DNA of 64,000 nucleotides, taken from the NCBI GenBank assembly GCA_963664225.1, contig OY760937.1:1760001-1824000 (forward strand), in the 5' to 3' direction. Origin of the DNA: Verrucomicrobiia bacterium (GTDB lineage Bacteria > Verrucomicrobiota > Verrucomicrobiia > Limisphaerales > UBA1319). The notes below the pieces were generated by a model. The model did no database searches. It saw nothing but the letters and a program-made list of their open reading frames with translations, and had not been told where the DNA came from. A program made the position numbers and the translations under genes. Each line of letters starts with the position of its first letter. Position 1 is the stretch's first letter. Below are positions 39,048 through 49,457 of the stretch, one piece after another.

Positions 39048-39752
39048 ATGCGCGCGAACCAGCTTCCAAAGGCGGTGATTTTCGACATGGACGGCGTTTT
39101 GGCTGATTCCGAGCCGATGATTTGCGCCGCGGCCTGCGCCATGTTTCTCGAACGCGGCCTTGCGGTGCAACCGGAGGATTTTTCGCCGTTTGTTGGCACG
39201 GGCGAGAACTCCTACCTCGGCGGCGTTGCCAGAAAATATCAATTTCCCATCGATATTCCCGCCGCCAAAAAGCGGACCTACGAAATCTACCTGGAAATGG
39301 TGCCAGGTCATTTGAAGGCATTTCCCGGGGCTGAAAAACTGGTGCGGGATTGCCGGGCGGCAGGATTGAAGATCGCCCTGGCCTCCAGCGCCGACCCCAT
39401 CAAAATCGAGGCGAATCTGGCAGCCATCAACCTGCCGCCCGGGCTTTGGGATGCGGTGGTTTCCGGCGCGGATGTGAAGCATAAGAAGCCGGCGCCCGAT
39501 CTCTTCCTCGAAGCGGCGCGGCGGTTACAGGAACCTCCGGAACGCTGCGTGGTGGTTGAGGATGCCATGCACGGCATTCAAGCGGCGGTGGCGGCGGGCA
39601 TGCGTTGTGTGGCGGTGGCGCACACGTTTTCGCACGGTCAATTATGCGGGGCGGCCCTGGTGCGCGCCACTGTGGCGGAAATCAGCCTCGATGATTTGCT
39701 GAACGTGGACTCCAATGGGACGCCTGCAATCGAAGTCACCCAACCGATCTGA
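39048..39752 (+). CDS. HAD-superfamily phosphatase
   Basis: FDMDGVLADSE, KPAPD and VVEDA..GIQAA motifs. Confidence 0.92.
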   Translation: MRANQLPKAVIFDMDGVLADSEPMICAAACAMFLERGLAVQPEDFSPFVGTGENSYLGGVARKYQFPIDIPAAKKRTYEIYLEMVPGHLKAFPGAEKLVRDCRAAGLKIALASSADPIKIEANLAAINLPPGLWDAVVSGADVKHKKPAPDLFLEAARRLQEPPERCVVVEDAMHGIQAAVAAGMRCVAVAHTFSHGQLCGAALVRATVAEISLDDLLNVDSNGTPAIEVTQPI

Positions 39753-39766
39753 CCGCAAACCGCCGA

Positions 39767-40285
39767 CTACTTTCTTAAGGGACGCCCGGAATTGCCATCC
39801 AGCTTTTCTGGTTGTTCCGGTTCCAGTAACACGGCCAGGCAGGCCAGCCATGCCCCCAGACTCACGGTAACAAGGCAAAACAGAACCATCCAAAAACCGC
39901 TCAGGGTCCCGGCACGAACCAGCATCCACGACAGCGCCAGCAGCAGCACATCGGCCGCAAACAGGGAGAGTTGGACCAAACCGATGGGAACCGGGGACGC
40001 TGCGGGGCGAACTTCAGGTTGGGATTGAGGCTTCGCCGTTTTATCTTCGGCGGATTTGATACCGGTCCTGAACAAGTCCGGGGCCACCGGTGGCGACGTA
40101 ACGTCCAGGGGCAGTTCATCGCGCGCAGGAATCCCGTTGCCTCTGAGCAGGCTGCCCAGGCCCGGGGTCACCGAGGTGAGATCCAATTGATCGGACGCAG
40201 GCGCGGCACTCCCCTCCGGACTGGCGTTCTTGCGCGAGCCTTCCAGCAGATTTCCCAGACTTCGTCCCAAAGCGGGTTTTGTCAC
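39767..40285 (-). CDS. Hypothetical membrane protein with ParB-like N-terminal peptide
   Basis: KPALGRSLGNLL N-terminus, Pro-rich linker, two C-terminal TM helices. Confidence 0.68.
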   Translation of the reverse strand: MTKPALGRSLGNLLEGSRKNASPEGSAAPASDQLDLTSVTPGLGSLLRGNGIPARDELPLDVTSPPVAPDLFRTGIKSAEDKTAKPQSQPEVRPAASPVPIGLVQLSLFAADVLLLALSWMLVRAGTLSGFWMVLFCLVTVSLGAWLACLAVLLEPEQPEKLDGNSGRPLRK

Positions 40286-40324
40286 AAGCACAGGTTTAAT
40301 GAGTCATGGCCTTGGAGCAACAAT

Positions 40325-40354
40325 AAAAAAGGACACGTCCTGACAGACGTGTCC
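40325..40354 (-). terminator. Rho-independent terminator after secG
   Basis: GGACACGTC/GACGTGTCC stem followed by T6 on the minus strand. Confidence 0.82.
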
Positions 40355-40376
40355 CTGTATTCAAAAAAGAAGCGGC

Positions 40377-40820
40377 TTAATTTTTAGGCGTGGCCACCGC
40401 ATTGCTCGTGGTGAGCAACAGATTGGTGGCGGCGGGCTTGATCGCGTTGGCCGCATTGGTCATGGCCTTGACGGGACTCTCGGCCAGGTTGGTGCTCACG
40501 ATCATCTGATTTGTCATGGCGCCGGGCAGGCCGGCCTGCTTCTTGAGCACGTCCTTCAAAAGGGATTTCTCCTGATATGACCTGTGCGCGTTGAGGACGG
40601 TGAGTGACACTGCCAACACGAAGAACAGGGTGGCCGCGTAACGTGTCAATACCGTCAACGCGTTGCCCGAGCCCGCGCCAAACAAGGCGTCCGTGGCCGC
40701 TCCCCCGAACGCGGTGCCCATGCCCGCTTCCTTTTTGGGAAGCTGCATGAGGATCAACAAAATCAGGAAGACACAGTCAATCGCCAGAATGACGGTCATT
40801 AAACCAATGAGATATCCCAT
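40377..40820 (-). CDS. secG: Preprotein translocase subunit SecG
   Basis: Two TMs around LMQLPKKEAGMGTAFGG..LFG..LT; follows tpiA. Confidence 0.9.
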   Translation of the reverse strand: MGYLIGLMTVILAIDCVFLILLILMQLPKKEAGMGTAFGGAATDALFGAGSGNALTVLTRYAATLFFVLAVSLTVLNAHRSYQEKSLLKDVLKKQAGLPGAMTNQMIVSTNLAESPVKAMTNAANAIKPAATNLLLTTSNAVATPKN

Positions 40821-40832
40821 AAGACGGCTGTA

Positions 40833-41597
40833 TTAAATACTGTTTTTTACAATGTCAGAGAAACTGCGGACTTCGAGCGCGGCACCGCCGACCAACGCGC
40901 CATCCACATCGGGCTGGCTCATCAGTTCGCGGGCGTTTGCGGCCTTCACGCTGCCACCATATTGAACGCGCACGCGACGGGCGGTTGCTTCGTCGAAGAG
41001 AGAAATCAGGGTCTTGCGGATGAACGCATGAATGTCCTGCGCCTGCTGCGTGGTCGCCGTCTTACCGGTGCCAATCGCCCAGACCGGTTCGTAAGCCAGG
41101 ACGGTCTCTTCCATTTGGGCCTTGCTCAGGCCGGCCAGACTGCCTTTGAGCTGGGTGCCAATGACGCTCTCGGCCTGTCCGGCTTCGCGTTCGGCCAATG
41201 TCTCGCCGACACACACGATGGGCTTGAGGGAGGCGGCATGGGCGGCCAGGGCCTTTTTGGCAATCAGCGCGTCCGATTCCTTCTGGAACTGACGGCGCTC
41301 CGAGTGCCCCAAAATGACGTAGCGCACCGAAAACTCGCGCAACATGGCCGCGCTGATTTCACCGGTGAACGCGCCCGCGTTGTTTTCGCTCATGTTCTGG
41401 GCGCCCAGGCGGATGTTCGAGTCCAGGATGGCCTTGGAAACCTCGCTCAAAGCGGTGAAGGGAGGACAGACGAGAATATCGACTTCCTTGACTCCGGCCA
41501 ATTCCCGGCGCAGGCCCTGGACGAGGTCCAGTGCTTCCGCCACGGTCTTGTTCATCTTCCAATTGCCGGCAATTAGTAATTTACGTTCTTTGTTCAT
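40833..41597 (-). CDS. tpiA: Triosephosphate isomerase
   Basis: AGNWKMN, GHSERR, AYEPVWAIGTG and YGGSV motifs. Confidence 0.98.
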   Translation of the reverse strand: MNKERKLLIAGNWKMNKTVAEALDLVQGLRRELAGVKEVDILVCPPFTALSEVSKAILDSNIRLGAQNMSENNAGAFTGEISAAMLREFSVRYVILGHSERRQFQKESDALIAKKALAAHAASLKPIVCVGETLAEREAGQAESVIGTQLKGSLAGLSKAQMEETVLAYEPVWAIGTGKTATTQQAQDIHAFIRKTLISLFDEATARRVRVQYGGSVKAANARELMSQPDVDGALVGGAALEVRSFSDIVKNSI

Positions 41598-41633
41598 GCG
41601 AAAATAATTTGAAATTCGGTTCTGTAATCGTTG

Positions 41634-42890
41634 TTATTTATCGGACAACGCGGCCACGCCGGGCAGGACCTGGCCTTCGAGAAACTCGAGGCTCGCTCCG
41701 CCACCCGTGCTCATGAACGTGACCTGGTTGCCCAGTTTGGCCTTGTTGATGGCCTTGACGCTGTCGCCGCCGCCAATGATGCTCTTGGCGCCTTTTTTCT
41801 GCGTCGCCTCGGCCACCGCGCGGGCCACCGCAAAGGTGCCATCTGCAAACCGGGGATCCTCGAACATGCCCATCGGGCCGTTCCACAAAATGGTTTTGGC
41901 GTTCATCACCACATCGGCATACGCCTTCGCAGTGGCCGGACCAATATCCAGACCCGCCACGTCATCGGGGCAGTTCATGCCGGGATTGGCCGTGGGATTC
42001 TGCCATTCGATGATCGCCTTGCCTTTTTTATCGAGCTTGTCGGTTTTCACCGGCTTGGCCACCACATCATCCACAGGCAGGAGGAATTTCACGCCCTTGG
42101 CTTTCGCCTTGGCGAGGGCCGCATTGGCGGTATCGACCTTGTCGGCTTCGACGAGCGACTTGCCCACCTTGTATCCCTGGGCCAAACGGAACGTATAGGC
42201 CATGGCGCCGCCGATCAGGATCGCGTCCGCCTTTTCAAGCAAACGGTCAATGACCTTGATCTTATCGGAAACCTTGGCGCCGCCGAGGATCACAACAAAC
42301 GGACGGGCGGGATTTTCCAATTCATCGCCCAAAAACTTCAATTCGCGCTCCATCAAAAGTCCGGCCGCGCATTGGCCACCGCGGGCGGCCACCACACGGG
42401 CCACACCCTCGGTCGAGGCGTGCGCGCGATGAGCCGCACCAAACGCGTCGTTCACATATACTTCGGCCACCTTGGCCATCTTCGCGGCGAACGCCGGTTC
42501 GTTGGCTTCCTCTTCGTTGTAATAGCGCACGTTCTCCAGCAACAGGATGTCGCCGTTCTGCAGGGCTGCGGCTGTCTTTTCAACCTTCTCGCCAATGCAA
42601 TCATCAACAAACGCCACGGGACGGTTGATCATTTCAGCCAGCCTGGCCGCCACGGGACGCAGCGACATGGACGGCTCTTTCTTGCCCTTGGGCCGACCCA
42701 AATGGGCGGCCAGAATGATTTTGGCTTCGTTCTTGATAAGCCATTCCAACGTGGGGAGGGTTTCCTTGATGCGGGTGGAATCATTGATGACCATCTGGCC
42801 ATCTTTCTCCTCCATGGGCACGTTGTAGTCAACGCGGACAAAGACGCGCTTGCCGCGAACGTTCAAATCTCGAATGGTTAATTTAGCCAT
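41634..42890 (-). CDS. pgk: Phosphoglycerate kinase
   Basis: [34 protein letters not shown] and [13 protein letters not shown] motifs. Confidence 0.98.
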   Translation of the reverse strand: MAKLTIRDLNVRGKRVFVRVDYNVPMEEKDGQMVINDSTRIKETLPTLEWLIKNEAKIILAAHLGRPKGKKEPSMSLRPVAARLAEMINRPVAFVDDCIGEKVEKTAAALQNGDILLLENVRYYNEEEANEPAFAAKMAKVAEVYVNDAFGAAHRAHASTEGVARVVAARGGQCAAGLLMERELKFLGDELENPARPFVVILGGAKVSDKIKVIDRLLEKADAILIGGAMAYTFRLAQGYKVGKSLVEADKVDTANAALAKAKAKGVKFLLPVDDVVAKPVKTDKLDKKGKAIIEWQNPTANPGMNCPDDVAGLDIGPATAKAYADVVMNAKTILWNGPMGMFEDPRFADGTFAVARAVAEATQKKGAKSIIGGGDSVKAINKAKLGNQVTFMSTGGGASLEFLEGQVLPGVAALSDK

Positions 42891-43001
42891 AACTCGTAAA
42901 TAAGTCAGGGATCATACCGAATCCCCTCCCCGAGTCAAAGTGAAATAAAAAACGAAAAAAACGTCGCACCCGCCCGCATTCCCACGCGCCCGCAGGAAAT
43001 G

Positions 43002-43030
43002 AAAAAGGCGCCCCATGCAAAAGGGCGCCT
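43002..43030 (-). terminator. Rho-independent terminator after the phosphofructokinase gene
   Basis: Minus strand AGGCGCCC..GGGCGCCTTTTT. Confidence 0.7.
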
Positions 43031-43072
43031 CGATTAAAACGGTTACAGGCCTGCCTGTATGCGATCCGACTC

Positions 43073-44341
43073 CTAGCGGGGAGGCAGCTTCTTCTCCAGC
43101 TTGTTCTTTTCAAGCACGGCGAATTTCGGCAGTCCGCCTTCCATGGGAATCTTGACTTCGCCCTCGATCAGGGGACGCGCATACTCGATAAACTTGTCGT
43201 TGGGCATCATCCCGTCCTCCTCGATCCAGTCGCGGGGGATGAAATGCTCGACATTGGCCACTTCGGCCAGGTCATGCAGATCCGTCGTCCACTGGTAAGG
43301 CAGGTTTTGCTTGCGAACGATTTTCACCATGAAACCGCTCTTGCCGGAAATCGCGGCGCGCACGGCCGTTTCGCCGCAGGCGGTCGCCTCGGTGATATCG
43401 GTCTGGCTCGAGAAATGGGAGGCCGCCCGCTGGGCGTAACCCAATTTGACGGTGCGGGTCTTGGTGTTGAGCTTGCCTTGCACAATCTCCGCCAGGCGAT
43501 CCGCCGCGCCCGAAAGCACAGGGTGACCGAAGGAGTCCAGACGCGTCTTGTCAGCGCCGATTTCCTCACCGGCGGCGTTCTTCAGGCCTTCGCCCACGAC
43601 GACGATGCAATACTTGAGCGTGTCCACGGTGGCCTTGACCTTGTCGAGGAACTTCTGTTCGTCGAAGGGCAATTCCGGGAGCAAAACAATGTGGGGGGCA
43701 TCGGTGGTCTGGCGGCGGGCCAGGGCGGTGCCGGCCGCGATCCAACCTGCGGAGCGGCCCATAACCTCGATGATGCAGCAGGATCCGTCGTCGGTAGCCA
43801 TGCTCGAAACATCGGCGGCGACTTCCATCACAGTGACGGCGTTGTATTTGATCACGGAACCGAAGCCGGGGCAGTGGTCCGTGTGGGGCAGATCGTTGTC
43901 GATGGTCTTGGGCACACCGATCACACGCATGGTATAGCCGCGCTTGACGGCTTCCTCGTGGATTTTGTGCGAGGTGTCCTGGCTGTCATTGCCACCGGCG
44001 TAAAAGAAGAAGCGGATGTTGTGCGCTTCGAATACCTGGAACAAACGGTCCATGTCCTTGGCCGCGGCTTCAGGCTTCTTCTTGAAATCGATTTTGTAAC
44101 GGCAGGTGCCCAGGGCGGCCGCAGGCGTGTATTTCAAACCTTCGATCGTCCGGGCTTTCTCTTCGTTCAGGTCGATGATTTCCTCGTTGAGGATGCCCAG
44201 AATGCCATTGGCGCCTCCATAGATTTCCTCAATGCATTCATGCCGACCCGCCTCTTGGATAACACCAGCAACGCTGGCGTTAATGGCGGCAGTGGGCCCG
44301 CCCGATTGGGCAACGAGTAAATTTCCAGTCAATTCGGCCAT
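43073..44341 (-). CDS. Phosphofructokinase family A (ATP- or PPi-dependent)
   Basis: QSGGPT, GGNDS, PKTIDND, EVMGR and GYAQR motifs. Confidence 0.92.
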   Translation of the reverse strand: MAELTGNLLVAQSGGPTAAINASVAGVIQEAGRHECIEEIYGGANGILGILNEEIIDLNEEKARTIEGLKYTPAAALGTCRYKIDFKKKPEAAAKDMDRLFQVFEAHNIRFFFYAGGNDSQDTSHKIHEEAVKRGYTMRVIGVPKTIDNDLPHTDHCPGFGSVIKYNAVTVMEVAADVSSMATDDGSCCIIEVMGRSAGWIAAGTALARRQTTDAPHIVLLPELPFDEQKFLDKVKATVDTLKYCIVVVGEGLKNAAGEEIGADKTRLDSFGHPVLSGAADRLAEIVQGKLNTKTRTVKLGYAQRAASHFSSQTDITEATACGETAVRAAISGKSGFMVKIVRKQNLPYQWTTDLHDLAEVANVEHFIPRDWIEEDGMMPNDKFIEYARPLIEGEVKIPMEGGLPKFAVLEKNKLEKKLPPR

Positions 44342-44485
44342 AATATTCTTCAAGTTAACCCGGGCGCGCGACTACATTCATGCTTCGACACGTTAACGAC
44401 CCGGCGTGTATCAATCAGTTGGATAACCTGCCAACCCAATGCCCCACTGTCAAAGCGGAATTCTTAGAGATTTTGGGTCGCCTCC

Positions 44486-44758
44486 CTAATCGACGTCGAT
44501 CGCCTTGCCGCCTTCCCTCTTATCGTAACTGCGAAAAGCAAACATCGTCTCGCTGTCCACCACCCCTTCCGTCCTGAGAATGTGGTCGGTGATCAGGCAC
44601 TCGATCTTGTCCAGCGATTCACATTTGATGACCACCATCAGGTCGTAGCGGCCGGAAATGGAATACACCTCCGTGATGTCGTGGAGATCCAGCAGCTTTT
44701 CTGCCGTTCCAGTAACCTTGTTATGGTCGATTTTCAGAAGGACGATTGCAGTAGGCAT
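44486..44758 (-). CDS. Stand-alone Lrp/AsnC ligand-binding domain protein
   Basis: EVYSISGRYDL..GVVDSETM; no HTH. Confidence 0.85.
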   Translation of the reverse strand: MPTAIVLLKIDHNKVTGTAEKLLDLHDITEVYSISGRYDLMVVIKCESLDKIECLITDHILRTEGVVDSETMFAFRSYDKREGGKAIDVD

Positions 44759-45045
44759 AAATTATTACGGATTTTATCTGACGATCGATTCAGCCGCCAA
44801 CACTCCTGGGCAGCATGGCGTTGAACCAACAAAAACCATAAAACGTGGCCAAAAGCAATCGCCAACGGCGAGTTTTTGACCGGTTCTTTGAACGCCTGAT
44901 TTGAATAGGGCCACCGAAGATCGGCGCCCAAAAACGTTTGGGGTGGTCAGGATCTTCAGGGTGGCTCTGTGGCACATAAAACACCAAAAATATCCATGAA
45001 TGTTCTTGCACTGCATCGCGTCCAATTTACAACTTTCACAACCCT

Positions 45046-45528
45046 ATGACTCACAAGATCAACCGCAGAGAACTGCTCCAGGGGGCTGCTGTGCTGACAG
45101 GAGGTTTGTGCGCCTGTTCGCTGGCCGGTTGCGCCTCACACCCCAAAGCCACTGCCTGCATCACTCCCGCCCTGGAATCCGACAGCGTCACGTTGACGGA
45201 TCAGGCCATCACCATTGACCTGGCCAAAGCGCCCTCGCTATCGGTTGTCGGCAGCGCGGCCTTCCATGTGGACCCGGCCAAAGACCTCCAAATCATCGTC
45301 ATCCGACCACGGGACCGCGAATATCGCGCCCTGTCGCGGCTCTGCACCCATGCCCATCAAGTCCTCAGCTACAACCACGCCCGAGGCGTCCTCCAATGCA
45401 ATGGCTTCAACCATTCCCTATTCGCCCTCGACGGTCTCCCGCTCAAAGGGCCTGCCTCCGATCCCTTGAAAACCTTTCCCGTAACCTTGAAAGACAACTT
45501 GCTGGTCATCTCTCTAAACGCCGCATAA
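45046..45528 (+). CDS. Tat-exported Rieske-like (2Fe-2S) protein
   Basis: NRRELL Tat motif; LCTH box and QCNGFNHS.F..DG...GPA. Confidence 0.8.
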   Translation: MTHKINRRELLQGAAVLTGGLCACSLAGCASHPKATACITPALESDSVTLTDQAITIDLAKAPSLSVVGSAAFHVDPAKDLQIIVIRPRDREYRALSRLCTHAHQVLSYNHARGVLQCNGFNHSLFALDGLPLKGPASDPLKTFPVTLKDNLLVISLNAA

Positions 45529-45546
45529 CCCCTGACTCGAGCTTTT

Positions 45547-46371
45547 ATGAATCGATTCTTGTTGATGCTGGTCGTTGCGCTGGTTGCCGGCTCCGCACGC
45601 GCATCGGATGTTCCACCAAAGGGCCAGTCCTGGCGAAATCCAAAGGACGGGATGACTTTTGTCCGGGTTCCTGCCGGATCTTTCGACGTGCAACCGGCGG
45701 ACGGCGAATCCTCACAAACCGCCAATCCCACCAAATCCACCAACACCACCATCCGTTTTCCCAAGGGATTCTGGATGGCGCGCACGGAGACCACTGTGGG
45801 CCAATTCCGGCGTTTTGTCCGACAAACGGGTTATGTCACAGACGCTGAAAAGGCAAAAAGCCGGCTTGTGTGGAGTTCTCCCGGTTTTAAACAGACAGAC
45901 AAACACCCGGTCGTCTTTCTGAGTTATCAGGACGCATTGAACTACGCCCGGTGGGCCGATGTCGATCTGCCCACCGAACAGGAATGGCTCTATGCCTGCC
46001 GGGCTGGAACCACGTCGCAATTTTATTGGGGCGATGCGTTGGACGATCGGTTTGTCTGGCACCGCGCCAACACCGGCGGAACCGGCACCCGGCCTGTGGC
46101 CAGAAAACGTCCAAACGCCTGGGGTCTATATGACATGGTGGGCAACGCCTGGGAATACTGCCGTGTCGATGAGGTCTGCTATGTATTCCGGGGCAGTTCC
46201 TGGACCCGTTGCCCGGAATACCGCACCCGCCAGGGTTTTATGGCCACAAACCTGATCGCCGATGGCGTTGCAAACAAGCTGACCCGCCACGAACATCCCA
46301 ATCCAGCGCCTCCCTATCCCTGGGATGATGACCGCGGCTTTCGGTGCGTCCTGCACGGAGCCCCGCGATGA
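45547..46371 (+). CDS. Formylglycine-generating enzyme (SUMF1)-like domain protein
   Basis: HPVV, LPTEQEWLYACRAG, PNAWGLYDMVGNAWE and GFRC motifs; signal peptide. Confidence 0.9.
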   Translation: MNRFLLMLVVALVAGSARASDVPPKGQSWRNPKDGMTFVRVPAGSFDVQPADGESSQTANPTKSTNTTIRFPKGFWMARTETTVGQFRRFVRQTGYVTDAEKAKSRLVWSSPGFKQTDKHPVVFLSYQDALNYARWADVDLPTEQEWLYACRAGTTSQFYWGDALDDRFVWHRANTGGTGTRPVARKRPNAWGLYDMVGNAWEYCRVDEVCYVFRGSSWTRCPEYRTRQGFMATNLIADGVANKLTRHEHPNPAPPYPWDDDRGFRCVLHGAPR

Positions 46372-46478
46372 TCCCGCCGCGCTCATTCCTCCGCGCCAAA
46401 CCGCACGTGTCGGGCTTGCATTCCTTTTTTCTTGAGGCTGGACAGGCCCCGCCCAGTCTGGCAGAACCCCTCACATCA

Positions 46479-49031
46479 ATGACACACCGGAGCAATCCAA
46501 TCGTTCCAATAGTTCCAATCGCACTCGCCTGCCTCATGGCGATTTGGGCCTTTTGCGGAATCCGTTCGGAGGCGCAGACCTGGACTCAAGTTCTGTCCGA
46601 TGCACGTGACGCGGAGTTCTCGGAACTTTCCACGGATCTGACCAACCGCGCCTGGTTTTCAAAAATCGCAGAGCAGGCCTATCGCCCGGAGGCCTTGATA
46701 CAGGATGCCGATCGCGATCCTCTGGATGTGGTGATCAGGCGGACAAGCGCTCTACTGAAAGATGCCAAGGGCGCATCCTCAAAACTCGGCCCGCTGGAGC
46801 AACAGCTATCCGCCTTGAAATCGGCTGCCGGGAATACGGCCATCACCAATCAAACGGCGCGTCGGGCCCTTTTCAATCAAGCCTGTGACTTGCGCCGCGA
46901 GATCGCCTTCAGCAATCCCGCGCTCAATTTCCAGAGTCTGCTCTTTACCATGTCCAAGAGTTCGGGCGGCGACTACCACATGTGCGACCAGTATTATGGC
47001 GGATACGCCCGGCCCGGAGGCAGCCTTTACATCCTGAACAAACCTTTCGGGCAAAATCCCAACCTCATCAATCCGCTGGCAAACTCCATCGTCGGGCAGG
47101 GTCGGCTCAAGGGCCAAAAACTCCAAAGCGGCATGTTCCTGAACGCCTCGCTCTCCTATGACGGCCAGTGGATCGTATTCGCCTATTCCGAGTGCGGCCT
47201 GAATACCACGAACCCGGCCCCCAGACCCTACGGACAGGCCATCTGGTCACAGGAGCATTCGTTCCATATTTTCAAAGTCAAAACCGACGGCACCAGTCTG
47301 GCGCAATTGACCGATGGCCCGTGGAACGATGTGCATCCCTGCTGGCTCCCGGATGGCCGCATTGTCTTTATTTCCGAACGCCGCGGTGGTTTTCTGCGCT
47401 GCTCCGGGGACCGCCCCTGCCCTGGTTACACCCTCCATGCCATGGATGCGGATGGCGGGCGCATGGTCCGATTGAGTTACCATGAAACCAACGAATGGCT
47501 GCCCTCCGTCAACAACGACGGCATGATCGTTTACACCCGGTGGGATTACGTGGATCGCGGCGCGGACACCGCCCATCATCCCTGGATCACCACCCCCGAT
47601 GGCCGCGATCCCAGAGCCATCCAAGGCAATTATAAAAAGCAGCATAACAGCGCGCCGGACATGGAACTGTATATGCGGGCGATCCCCGGCTCGCATCGCT
47701 ACATGGCGCTCGCAGCCCCGCACCATGGCGCCGCCTATGGCTCGCTGATTGTGATTGATCCCCGTGTGCCCGATGACGACGCCATGGCGTCCGTCAAGCG
47801 CTTCACGCCGGAGGAAGGATTCCCGGAAATGGCCGTGACCCGTGATTACCAGGGCAAGGACTGTCCTGACCGGCTTGGTCACGATGGCTTTGGCTGGAGC
47901 GCCCCTGTGGAAACAAGCCACCAACGCTATGGAGCCGCCTGGCCGCTTTCGGAAAAAGTCTGCCTGACCACGCGCGATCAGGGTTTGTTCTTGGTGGACG
48001 CGTTTGGGAATCGAGAGCTGCTTTTCAGAACAAACGATTGGTATTGCCTGGGGCCGGTGCCTTTGCAATCGCGCCCCGCGCCTCCCATCATTCCAGCGGT
48101 GGGGGAACCGCCTCTTTTGGCGAACCATCCTTCCTGGACCCGCATCGGCGATGAGCACCCGCTCGATGCAAAAAGTGTCGGCGCGACCGCCAAAGCCATC
48201 GTGGGCGTCGCCAACGTTTACGACAGCCGCTATCCATTGCCTGAAGGCACCAAAATCAAATCGATGCGCATCATCCAAGTCCTGCCCAAGACCACCGTGC
48301 TGCATCAGGACCCCTGGATTGGTTATGGTCGCGAGACCGGCGCCAGGGCTGTGCTGGGGACTGTTCCGGTCGAAGCGGATGGCAGCGTTCAGTTTTACCT
48401 GCCACCCGGCAAATCCGTTTATTTCCAGGTGCTCGACGACAAAGGCCGCGCGGTGCAATCCATGAAAAGCGCCACCTACGCGCACGGGGGCGAGACCCTC
48501 TTATGCGCCGGCTGTCACGAATCGAAAAACCAGGCCCTGCCCCGCAAAGCCACAGCCACGCCCATCGCATTCCGCAGGCAGCCCTCGGAAATCGCACCCG
48601 AACCGGACGGATCCAATCCCTTCAGTTTTGCCCGCCTGGTGCAACCGGTTTTAAACCGTCAGTGCATCGGTTGCCATGATGGAACCAAAGACACGGGGCA
48701 TTCCTTCGAGTTAAGACCCGGCGGCTGGGATCAGGACCGTTACAAGTGGTTTGCATCCTACCGCAATCTCCACCCCTACGCCTCGCACAGCGGAGCCGAT
48801 GGCGAAGGCTTCGATTTGTGGGAACAAACCAGAAGCATTCCGGGCAAGGTGGGCGCGCGCGCCTCGAAGCTGCTTCCTCTGCTCGAAAACAAACATCAGG
48901 GCGTGACTCTTTCCGACGACGATCATCGGCGCCTCGTGGTGTGGCTGGACGCCAATTCGGACTTCTTTGGCGCCTACGAAAACATTGAAGCCCAGGCGCG
49001 CGGCGAAGTGGTGCAACCCAAATTGCAGTAA
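46479..49031 (+). CDS. HzsA-like beta-propeller / di-haem c protein
   Basis: PD40-like repeats, YTRWDYVDR, LGTVPVEADGS..FQVLD..AVQSM, and two CxxCH motifs (CAGCH, CIGCH). Confidence 0.85.
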   Translation: MTHRSNPIVPIVPIALACLMAIWAFCGIRSEAQTWTQVLSDARDAEFSELSTDLTNRAWFSKIAEQAYRPEALIQDADRDPLDVVIRRTSALLKDAKGASSKLGPLEQQLSALKSAAGNTAITNQTARRALFNQACDLRREIAFSNPALNFQSLLFTMSKSSGGDYHMCDQYYGGYARPGGSLYILNKPFGQNPNLINPLANSIVGQGRLKGQKLQSGMFLNASLSYDGQWIVFAYSECGLNTTNPAPRPYGQAIWSQEHSFHIFKVKTDGTSLAQLTDGPWNDVHPCWLPDGRIVFISERRGGFLRCSGDRPCPGYTLHAMDADGGRMVRLSYHETNEWLPSVNNDGMIVYTRWDYVDRGADTAHHPWITTPDGRDPRAIQGNYKKQHNSAPDMELYMRAIPGSHRYMALAAPHHGAAYGSLIVIDPRVPDDDAMASVKRFTPEEGFPEMAVTRDYQGKDCPDRLGHDGFGWSAPVETSHQRYGAAWPLSEKVCLTTRDQGLFLVDAFGNRELLFRTNDWYCLGPVPLQSRPAPPIIPAVGEPPLLANHPSWTRIGDEHPLDAKSVGATAKAIVGVANVYDSRYPLPEGTKIKSMRIIQVLPKTTVLHQDPWIGYGRETGARAVLGTVPVEADGSVQFYLPPGKSVYFQVLDDKGRAVQSMKSATYAHGGETLLCAGCHESKNQALPRKATATPIAFRRQPSEIAPEPDGSNPFSFARLVQPVLNRQCIGCHDGTKDTGHSFELRPGGWDQDRYKWFASYRNLHPYASHSGADGEGFDLWEQTRSIPGKVGARASKLLPLLENKHQGVTLSDDDHRRLVVWLDANSDFFGAYENIEAQARGEVVQPKLQ

Positions 49032-49133
49032 CTCAAGGGCGGAATCGCGCCACCTATGGGACGCGGACTGGCCCTTTAAAAAAAATGGAAACGCCTTTGA
49101 AAACGTTTCCATCACGGATTCGGCAAATACTGG

Positions 49134-49457
49134 CTACTTGGTTTTCTTTTCAGGAACGAAATAGAGCACGAAATGCATGTTTGTGGACAATGACAGCGTG
49201 GGAAACAGGGTTTCGAGGACCTGCATGCCATTGTCGTAATCTGGTTCAAACCTGAATTCGTCCCCCTTCTCGAGGGTTCTCGTGCCGACCATCTTCCCGG
49301 AAGATGTCTCCATGAGAATGGCGGTGCCGTTCTGGGGTGCGTTCCATTTGATGGTGAGCCCGCCGCCGACCTTCTGGGCGCCGCTGGGAAGAGAGCATGT
49401 GGCGCATCCCGAAAGAATGCACAGAGCGGCCATCGCGGCCATTGGTTTGAATTTCAT
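49134..49457 (-). CDS. Small hypothetical lipoprotein
   Basis: MKFKPM..ILSGC lipobox. Confidence 0.68.
   Translation of the reverse strand: MKFKPMAAMAALCILSGCATCSLPSGAQKVGGGLTIKWNAPQNGTAILMETSSGKMVGTRTLEKGDEFRFEPDYDNGMQVLETLFPTLSLSTNMHFVLYFVPEKKTK

Noticed and set aside
40377..44341. gap missing from the pgk-tpiA-secG cluster
   Set aside because: Ordinary gene-order variation; gap may be elsewhere in the genome.
45547..46371. Diversity-generating retroelement target (FGE/CLec fold)
   Set aside because: No template repeat matching its 3' end and no reverse transcriptase in the window.
46479..49031. True hydrazine synthase / anammox pathway
   Set aside because: No hzsB/hzsC or other anammox genes; the domain is widespread in non-anammox relatives.
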